Assembly (NCBI RefSeq): GCF_001194135.2
Contig: NC_069003.1
Location: 25,565,456 to 25,629,455 of the forward strand
Direction: 5' to 3'
DNA from: Octopus bimaculoides
Taxonomy: Eukaryota
Length of the DNA: 64,000 nucleotides
This document shows, one piece after another, positions 13,819-24,910 of the stretch. Under the pieces are notes generated by a model, which searched no databases, was not told the origin of the DNA, and saw only the letters and a list, made by a program, of their open reading frames with translations. Each line of letters begins with the position of its first letter. The stretch's first letter is position 1. A program made the translations under genes and the position numbers.

Positions 13819-16800
13819 ACAACAACAACAACAGCAGCAGCAACAACAACAACAACAACGATGGTTTCAAATTTTGGCACAAGGCCAGCAATTTTGGATG
13901 GGGTAAGTCAATTCCATCAATGCCAGTGTTCAACTGGTACTTATTTTATCAACTCTGAAAAGATAGAAGACACAGTCGACCTCAGCAGAATTTGAACTCA
14001 GAACATAAAGATGGATGAAATAAAACAAAGCATTTTGCCCTGAATGCAAATGATTCTGCCAGTGCACCACTTTAATAACGATAACATAAAATGACAATTA
14101 TTCCTGTGGTAATTGATGCCCTTGGCACAACAACCAGGCTGAAAGGTATTGAAATTGTGACTTGCATTGTTGATTTATAGAACAGTACCATCCTGTGTTC
14201 TAAAAATGATCTGTGAGATTTGAGGAAACTTGCGTGTTTCATAAGAAATAGGGTTAACAAAAAGGTCAAAATCATTTTCCTTGCATAAAACATCGAGTAA
14301 CTATACTGATAAGTAATGTTTATCACAATTACTCTTGTTTTTAACCCCAAGAGGAACCTCCTCCAGCTGATTATTGATGCAATCTGCACCTGATATATAT
14401 TGCAAGCAGGGGAGTGAACCCCTACCATTTTCTAGCAGATGACGGGGATCACCAAACCATATGGTTTCAGGCTATGTGCCCATCATCAATGGTTAACACC
14501 TGTCTGCTAGAGATAGCAGTAAATCATTATTGTGAGCTGGAATGAATTACTGCTATCTCTAGTGGATGGGTGCTCACCTCTGACAATGGGCATAAATAGC
14601 CCCAAAGCATACAGTCTGATGATGACCATCGTCTGCTAGAAGATGGTAGGGGTTCGCTCCCATGCTTGCAATATATATTGAGTGCAGACTGGATTGATAA
14701 CCAGCTGGAGGAGGCTCCTCCTGGAGTTAAAAACGGTAGTAACATCGAGTCTTATGGAATAGCCATATTGATATGGTGATAAACGTTACTTCTCAACATG
14801 GAGTTTGTTGTCCCAATAATAGGAACCATGAGTAAGACATTTTGTTTCAATACAGTATTGTATAGCCAAATGCTTTTTCCTGTTGCCAATATTCTTTTAG
14901 GTTGCCTCCAACATGCAGGAAATAGGGTGTATTTATTCTGAAATTAGGATACTAAGACTAAATTATAAAATAAAACTGTGACATACCTTCTTTGAACACA
15001 GCACTGTTTGCTCCTGCCTGATCCTCCAAATTTAACCATGTCTCTACAAGCCTTGCATTTACCACAATCTGGTTGTTGACAAACCTGAAATATTGAGGGA
15101 CCATGGTGAACAACTAACATCTAATGCTACCTTACCAGGAACATTTACACTCCTTTTAACCTCTTGACTTATATAGGAAAAGAAAGCTTTATATTACTCA
15201 GTACATATGAAACAAAGGTGAACTAAAAGTTTGAAAAGAAGTAGGGACATTTAGGACAAAATTATGAAACTGCTTTGGACAAGTAGAAGGTTACTGTTAA
15301 AAAACATTGGCTTCCATCCAATCACAGGGATCAAGGCTAGCAGATTGAAACCAGTAAAAGACCAACTACAGAACTCCGTTCTAAACTGCTTAATAATAAG
15401 TTAGCTTCGCACTACAACAATCTTAAGTATGCAACTTAGCAACACTGGTAGCAAATCAGTTGCACGAATGTATGCATGCAGCCAATCACAGCAAGGTTTT
15501 AGATTATATCAGTCATCTTTCCTGTCAATAAACAATAAACTTCACAAGATATCACATACCTCGAGCCCTTTATTACCTATTTAGATGTTCATCAATGTTG
15601 CTGTAGAATAAATTGTTGATGAATTTGAACCTGGGATTCTTGAAGATTTTGTATGTACTTAACTGGGAGGTTACTGTAATGAGGTTCTGGGTTCAAACCC
15701 ACTGTTGGTTCCTAGGTGTTTTGAGTTCTACTACAGCCTTGTGAGTGAAACTAAAGGGATAAACTCTGGGCAAAATGAGATTGAATGCATAATTTGAACA
15801 AAGGACCAGCTTTATGACACTGTGTCAGGCTGATTCTTTCTGAATATTACATTAATGTACAAGAGTCTATGGAATATTCAGCCACTCACACTACACTGTG
15901 AGATGTATTCAACCCAATTTAGTTTGCCATAAATAATTACTTCATGATGAAATGACCCATTTCAGCAAGTAATAATAATAGTAGGAGAAGTAGTAACAGC
16001 AGCAGCCGTGTAATTTTTTTCAGCTCATGGTATAGAGTTTAAGTCCTCTTTAGGCTATGATAAAACTGATAACATGGTCACGCATTCAATTCTATCACAA
16101 GTGAACCAGAGGAGACACTAAAATAATTATGGTCCAACTGTGTCTTTGAAGAAGACATTCTTTGGTAATCAACCTCTGATCATTCATAATTTCATTTAGC
16201 ATCTGTTTTCCATGCTAGCATGAGTAAGATGGTTTGACTGGAGCTGATAAGCCAGAGAGCTATACCAGGTTCTAGTCTGTTTTGGTTTGGTTGCTACAGT
16301 TGGATCCTCTTCCTAACACTTTATTGAGTGTACTGGGTATCTTTCAAGAGTCACTGGCACAGGTGCCTTTCATTGTGTCACTGGCATGAGTGCCTCTTGT
16401 GTGTCACACTGATACTGGCCACAACTACAATTTCACTTAGCCTGATGCGTCTTCTCAAGCACAACAAATCGCCAAAAGTCTTGGTCTCTTGTCATCGCCT
16501 CCATGAGACTCAACATCTAAAGGTCATATTTCACCACCTTGTCCCACATCTTACTAGGTGTACTTCTTCCACAGGTTCCCTCCAGTTCTTAGAGAGTCCA
16601 GTTGATAAAAAATATTTCATGTGACCAAAACTCAACACAACTTACCTCACAAATACCGCATCTTTTCCTGCGAGTGGCAGAAAACCCATTGTCATCTATC
16701 TGTCCCTGGAACATGCTGTCGAAAATGTTACGCACAAGAGACGTTGTGGCAGCCATTGTTTGTGTATCCTTTGACTTCACTTTTGGTTCACGGAGCTGCT

Positions 16801-19800
16801 TACGTAGAGCCCTCCTGTAAAAGAAATAATGAAAACACATCTCAGCACCATGCTCTGTGCAAACTTGATTGTGAGAATCTCTCCAGCACACATGCACTCT
16901 CTAAAGCTAAGCTGAACAAGTTGATAGATTACAGAACTAAACAAGAGTTTAACAGTTAAAATACCACCATCTCTTTTTGGTTGTATCAGTAAAGAAACAT
17001 TTAGATCTCAAAAGATCAACCCAACTTAAATAGATATCAGAAAGGGGTAATAAGTTCACTGTAGCACTTTATCAGGATCTTTTCTGTTTGCCTGACACTT
17101 TTCAATTCCTTTAATTTTGTTCCATTTGATTTCAAATTTGGTGTATTGATGTAGTTTTGTATGCTAATTATGGAAATGAAATTCACTTTTGCAATTAATT
17201 AATAAATAAAAAGTTAATAGCTTTTAAAATTTGCAAATTTTGGGTAATTTTAGCCAATTGAAAGCCACACACATACTGGTGCCTGTTTCCATAGTAACAA
17301 GACAAGGTATAGATTAACTGTCTTTCAACCTTCTAGATGAAAAAAAAAATCTGATTTAGACACAAGGACAGCAATTTTGAAGGGGGAGGTTTAGTTGATA
17401 CCATCAACTTTAATACATGACTAGAACCTTATGTTATTGACTCTGAAGAAATGAAAGGTAAAGTTGGCCTCAGTGGGAAATGAATCCAGAACATAAAGAG
17501 CCAGAATAAATACCATAAAGCATTTTTTTTTCCAAATGAGCTAATAATTTTGCCAGCTCCATCATTTTCCAGAGAATAGTAATAATTTTGGCACAAGGCC
17601 TGCAATTTCATGGGAGGTGGTAAGCCAATTACATCGACCCCAGCGTTTAACTGATACTTATTTTATCAACCCCAAAAAGACAAGTCAACTTTGGTGGAAT
17701 TTAAACTCAGAACGTAAAAACGAATGTAATATTGCTAAGCATTTTCTCCAGCGTGCAAACGGTTCTGCCAGCTCACTGCCTGAATAATAACTAATAATAT
17801 AAAGCAAAAATTATTCCCATGGTAACTGGTGCCTTTAACACCACAACACCCAAATTGCCATCTAAGAAACTGAAAGGTATTGGAATTGAGACTTGCATAG
17901 TTGATTTACAGAATAATACCATCTTGTATTCTAAGAAAGATTCTTGAGATTTGAGGAAACTTGGCACCAAACTTCAAAAGAACATCCTTACTAATACAGC
18001 ATGTAGTAGCTTAATAATAAAGAATTATCATAATGGTTGCAGCATGGAAGGTGTTTATAAGCCATTTAAAATAACACAAAAACCGTCAGATTCACTTCAA
18101 CATTTAAATTTAATTTGTCAAAATATTGTCGTTGCTTTGAGACCGCGACCTGTTCACTGACAAAATTCCATGTATACATGCATGTGTGTTATATGCAGCT
18201 TTGTCAGTGAACAGGTCACGGTCCCAAAGCGACGAAAATATTTTGGAAAATTAAATTTAAATGTTGAAGTGAATCTAACGGTTTTTGTGTGTTATTTTAA
18301 ATGGCTTATAAACACCTTCCACGCTGCAATTGTTTTTGTTCCAGCACACGATCTCAGATCAGGTCACTTGCTATGCAAGTACATCTCCGCAATTATCATA
18401 ATGGTTTTATACTAAAACATATACCAAACTAGTTTTAAGAAAAAAACTTTCACAATAGTTATAAACATTGACCCCTCAAAGAATATCGTGAACCTTTCTT
18501 GTAAAGAAACTAAAAACTAAAAATGAAGAACAAAGTACCGTTTGCCAAGAGTGACTCCTGAAAGTTTGATCAACGCCCTCATACAAGGTGTTGTGATGAG
18601 GAGAGCTTCGTCATCATCAGCAGCTTCATCATAACTTTGAACCTAAACATAGAAAGATAGGAATGTATAACAAGAGGTGGTGGTGGTGGTGGTATGATAT
18701 TAATGATGGTGATGGTAGTAGTAGTGGTGATGATGACGATGATAGTGATAGTGATATTGGGGATTGCAATATTGCACCTTTGACATTTTTGCATCAATCT
18801 CACCCCACCAAAAAAATGTTAATAATTGTTAATGTAATAACAATGATGGCTGTAATGATGATATGGCTTAGATTAGTTATTTTTTGTAGATAAAATAAAG
18901 ATAAGGATGAAGGATAAAGTCATATAGACTCCTAGGGCCAGCTTACGGTTTCTGGCACCCATGCCAACGTCGTCTCCTTCATTGGACATGAAACTCGGCT
19001 TGCGAAGACCTGTTGGGGCAAGCGAAAGCGAAATCATCATGGCACCTGTGCCCAGCGTCGCCTTCCTGGCACTTGTGCTGGATGGCATGTGTAAAGACAT
19101 TTGAGCGAGATCGTTGCCAGTGCCGCCGAACTGGCTCCTGTGCAGGTGGCACATAAAAGCACCCACTACACTCTCGGAGTGGTTGGCATTAGGAAGGGCA
19201 TCCAGCTGTAGAAACTCTGCCAAATCAGATTGGAGCCTGGTGTAACCATCTGGCTTCCCCAGTCCTCAGTCAAATCATCCAACCCATGCTCGCATAGAAA
19301 GTGGACGTTAAACGACGATGATGATGTGGCGCATATATTCTCCCCACTGGATAGGATGCTGGTCCATCAAGAGCAAAACACATCGCCTGGTCCAGGAATG
19401 GAAACCACAATCTTACAATCATGTGTCCAATACCTTAACCACTAAGCCACGTACCTCCACTTTTTTGGTAATATTGAGAATAAAAGGTGGTGTTCTTTTA
19501 AGCGGTTTTACCTGGATGAAGGTGAGGAAGATGACTTACCTGATCAACGACAAACTGGGCATGGCGCAACAAAGCATCTTCAGTAGGGATATTGGTGATG
19601 CCATTTGGTGGAACTGTTATCTGAGCAAATGATAAAACAGATTTTCATGAGATATTTTTACATGTGATAAAATATATTTCTATGCAATAAACTATATTTT
19701 CTGAACAAAAGAAAAAAAGATTCATTTTTGGCAATTATAATTGCTTAAGACTGAAATATAAGCATTTTTGTATATGAACTCTCCCCGCCTCCGCTGCCAC

Positions 19801-21924
19801 CCAAAATATTGGTGTTAATGGAGACTGTTGATTCTAATAATAATAATAAGAGCCCTCAGAGAGTGCAAACCTCTGCCAAAGCAACACCAACGTCCTCTCA
19901 ACAATTAGTCAGAGTTGATTTTTAAAATGAGAATATCTGAAATAAAACTTGACTGCTCTCACAAACAAGAATACTAAAAATGAACCTGACTGTTCACAAA
20001 AATTTTTTAATCTGGAAAAATAATCCAGAATCCTTGTCCGGTACCTGATTGATCCCAATGGTAGCCATGGAATGTGAAGTGGCTGTAGAAAATTTAGTAA
20101 CATTAATAAATAGTTGATCCTTATCTAATACAAGCCAAAGTTAAATTCACTCTTCAAAATAGTTAAGCCTAAAGGGAGATAATTGAGAGAGAGACTTGAA
20201 AGTTAACATAAGATCGTAATCATGTGAAGTAAATATAACAAACTATCCAGAATTCTTGTCAGGTACCGGATCAATCCCAAAATCTAATCAGTTCGTGCCA
20301 GTCATGAGGTCAACATTCCTGAAAGTTTCATCCAAATCCATCCAGCGGTCCTTGAGATATCTTGTCCACAAACAAACAAACACAACTGAAAACATTTTTA
20401 CCTCTGCCTTCCCTAAGGCAGAGGTAATAGTAATCCTTTCTACTATAGGCACAAGACCTGAAATTCTGGTGGGGAAGGGGCTAGAAGATTACATCGATCT
20501 CAATATTCAACTGGTACTTATTTTATTGACTCTGAAAAGATGAAACGCAAAATTGACTTTGATGGAATTTGAATGCTGAACATAAAGACAAATTGCCATT
20601 AAGCATTTTGCCTGAGTGCTAACAATTCTGCCAGTTTGCCGCCTTAACAATAATAATAATAAAATGACAAAAGAAACCAATTCTGCCAAGCAAAGGAACT
20701 GACCTGAATTTTATTGAGCAAATCTTCATAAGTGGCATCAAGGTTACTCTGTAAGAATTCAATGGCAATTTTGGAAAGATAGATCTTCTCCCTCATGATG
20801 TCCATAAATGGGGAATAAATTTTACTGGGAGACATTAAAATATAATCAGCATAAGCTAGAAGGTAGAAAGGAAAAAGAGAACAGTTAGGAGTCACCATGA
20901 AATGAATGAGATTTCATGACAAAAAGAGGACGTTGTTACAAAACTATATTAGTGCTGTCTTCGAATATTCTCATAGCATAGCAGCAGCAAATTGAAAATC
21001 AGAAACAATCCACAGATCCAACATTCCAAACACATTGCAGTTCTTTTCAAGGATCTCTTTGCATATTTCTTATGTTGTCTTTTCCTATTACATTAAAACA
21101 AGGTCTTAAATAGCATCAATCATTATGATTTTAAACCTGTTTCTTCCATCATACTTTAACTTCTACTCTTTCAGTCATTGGAGCTCTCTTTTGCCTTGCA
21201 ATCTACAAGGCAACCCCATTAGTGCTAGAAAAGGCAACACCCAGTCCACACTAAATCAGTGCTTCTCAACCAGGGTTCCACGAGAAAGAGTGAGATAAGC
21301 TAATGCTAATTTCATGATCGTAATAATACTATATATGCACAACATATTATTGGTTATTGTAATATAGACATCATCCTATCTAACCTATTATGTTATCAAA
21401 AAATATAACAACTATATATATCATCATCATCATCGTAGAAGGTTTAGAGATGATGTACAAGTATGATATATTAGAGAAAATAATAAGGTACTCAAAGATC
21501 TGGATGGTTGTACATTTACAGATTTTTATTAATATGTCACATGTTTTTATAAATCATATATTAGCGCTTTTATCTACTCTAATAGATTCTTCAAAATCTA
21601 AAGAATTTCTTAGAGTACATGCAAGCGATAATATATGATTTATAAAAACATGTGACATATTAATAAAAATCTGTAAATGTACAACCATCCAGATCTCTGA
21701 GTACCTTATTTTTTCTAATATATATGGATATATAAAAATTTAGTGAATGGAGTAAAACGCATAGGTTAACTGAATACTTTTATTTCCAACATATGTTTCG
21801 AAGATTACAAATTATACCTTCCATAGGAATAGGTGATGTTGATAAGAATGTAATCTTCTCTTCAGGGAAATGCATGGGAACCAGCTTAACCGTAAGACAT
21901 TTTAACCGAATATCAGAACTGTAG

Positions 21925-21978
<54 letters not shown>

Positions 21979-24877
21979 ATATATATATTTACATGAACTA
22001 TAATGAATATGAGAACTGTAGTTATATATATATATATATTTATTTACATGAACTATGATGAAAAAATATGAAAAAGATATGGTATACAATATTTTTTGTG
22101 CAGAGGTTCCTTGAGACATGCAATTTATTTTAAGGGTTACACAAGGGTAAACAAGTTGAGAAACACAGCTCTAAATGATTGGTAAACTGAGAAAATCTGA
22201 TGCTTTACCAATTAAGTCAGCTTAACAACAACAGCCATAACAGCATCATTAGCAACAACAGCAACACACACAGAATGAAAAGTAAAAGTTCCACCTGAGA
22301 AACTGCAAATATTACCTGTTGTGAAACCAATTAAAGAATTTTCTCCACCATCAAACCCTGCAGTCCACCATTCATTGATCGGTCCCATTGTTTTACAAGG
22401 GACACCACCTGAAATCAACAAAGACAAAACAACATTGCTTTAACAATGACATCATAGTTTGAGCTAAATAGTTTCTAGTGCTGGCTTCTGGTTACTACAG
22501 CAATGCATTGACATTAATGTGGGGGAAGGGAAGAGGAAGAAACCTTGACTCCAAGATTCCTACAGCAGTAGGAGGTATCAAAATATTAAGTTAGATATAG
22601 ACATGGCTACTGGGCTAAGAAGTTAATCGAGGTGAACATTTACTTTATAGAAAAATAAAACAAGGTTCTTTTTTTATAGTACATTAGCGAATTAATATAT
22701 GGTTTTACAGGTGTAAACCACCTTAACTTCTCTCTGCTGACCAGTGAAGTGTAAATCATCATCATCTTCATCTTACAAGCACAGGCATGGTGGCTACGTG
22801 GTAAGAAGGTTGCTTCCCAACCACATGGTTCCCGGTTCAGTCCCACTGCATGGCACCTTGAGCAAGTGTCTTCTACTTTAGCCTCAGGCATTGTACACAC
22901 ACACGTGTGTATGTGTCCTTGTGTCTGTGTTTGTCCCCCTCCATGGCTTGAACTCTAGTGTTGAGTTGTTTATATCACAGTAACTTAGTGGTTTGACAAA
23001 AAGGACTAATAGACTAAGTAGTGTTGTTGTTGGCACTCCGTCGCTTACGACATCGAGGGTTCCAGTTGATCCGATCAACAAAACAGCCTGCTCATGAAAT
23101 TAACATGCAAGTGGCTGAGCACTCCACAGACACGTGTACCCATAACGTAGTTCTCGGGGATATTCAGCGCGACAGTGTGACAAGGCTGACCCTTTGAATT
23201 ACAGGCACAACAGAAACAGGAAGAAAGAGTGAGAGAAAGTTGAGGTGGAAGAGTACAGCAGGGTTCACCACCATCCCCTGCCAGAGCCTCGTGGAGCTTT
23301 AGGTGTTTTCGCTCAATAAACACTCACAATGCCCGGTCTGGGAATCGAAACCGCGATCCTATGACCGCGAGTCCACTGCGCCATTGCACCTCCACAGACT
23401 AAGTAGTAAACTTTAAAGAAAATAAGTACAAGAGTCCCTTAGTTCAACTAAAATTCCCCAAGGTAATGCCCCAGCATGGCTGCAATCTAATGACTGGAAC
23501 AAGTAAAAGGTCAAAAGTTTCATCAACAGAAGATGAAATTTCTTTGTCAGTCAAACAGAAACAAGTTAGTAAGTGAACAACTGCAAAATCTACCTGGACA
23601 TTGTCATTTTAACCCTTGGTCAATGTTGATTGAGAATATCTATGACCATCTTGTCTGTTTAAGATTACACAGAAACAGGGTTCTTCCTTCATTCTCTTTT
23701 TTTTTTTTAAGATGGTAGGGAGAACTGGCAGCTATATCTAGTAGATCAAGCAAACACATAGAGAGTCTCCCATTAGCTCTTTGCAAGCAGCTGCCAGACT
23801 GGAAGTCATATGACCAGTAGAAACAGACCGTATCCTGACTAACATATTTCTAAATAAAATTCTGTTTCCATGGAAACAAAAATAGGAGAGAAATAAATTA
23901 AAAAAAAAACAGAAAAGGAACCAGAAAATACAACCATACCATCAGCACTTGGGTTTTCATCATAAATTGGCTTGACAACTCCACTGAAGTAGAGCTCAAC
24001 ATTCTTTTCTATCAAACCAGTGTCAAATGCACACAAATGGGTGGCTTTATCATAAATACTGAAAACAAAACAAATCATTGAGGCTTAAAGTTTAAATGTC
24101 AGACAAAAATTGTAAATGAGATTATAGAGTTTCAATCTATCAACCACTTCTTTAATACAGGATGGGCCAAAAGTCACACACAAAATACATTTAATATGCT
24201 CCAGAATTGACAAAGACATGCTTCAATTTTTTCTAAAATTAAATAAATAAAATGTATACACACACACACATACACAAAGCGAAATTGGGATGGCACCTGT
24301 GCCCAGCGTCGCCTTTCTGGCACTTGTGCCCGTGGCATGTGTAAGGACTTTCAAGCAAGATCGGTGCCAGTGCCCCTGGACTGGCTCTTATGCAGGTGGC
24401 ACATAACATACACCTTTTTGAGCATGGTCGTTGCCAGTACTGTGTGACTGGCCCTTGTGCCGGTGGCACGTAAAAGCACCCACTACACTCTCGGAGTGGT
24501 TGGCGTTAGGAAGGGCATCCAGCTGTAGAAACTCTGCCAAATCAGATTGCAGCTTGGTGTAGCCATCTGGTTCACCAGTCCCCAGTCAAATCGTCCAACC
24601 CATGCTAGCATGGAAAGCGGACGTTAAACAATGATGATGATGATATACAATATTTACAATAGAAACTTTTTATTACTATAATAATACATATACAAACACA
24701 CACACATAGGTGAGTATATCCACAAGGGAAGCAACAGAAAAAAAACCCTAATTGGCCTTGGAATAAGAGGGCTGATCTGTAGGCACTTGCCACTGGAATG
24801 TGTGTTTGATGGGATCCCTGATGTGTGTGTGTGTGTGTGTGTGTGTGTGTTCTCATATGTATTTACCTGTAGGTAAC

Positions 24878-24910
<33 letters not shown>

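Larger units (their letters stand above)
21257..22168. mobile_element. hAT (Charlie-type) MITE interrupted by the palindrome + hammerhead cassette
   Basis: Ends CAGTGCTTCTCAACC ... AGTTGAGAAACACAG; 8-bp TSD CACTAAAT (21249-21256) / CTCTAAAT (22169-22176). Confidence 0.75.

Noticed and set aside
23940-24058. RFTS zinc-ligand position reads Asp (IYDKATH) where human has Cys
   Set aside because: From memory, Asp also occurs at this position in other non-mammalian DNMT1s, so it is probably not novel; unverified.
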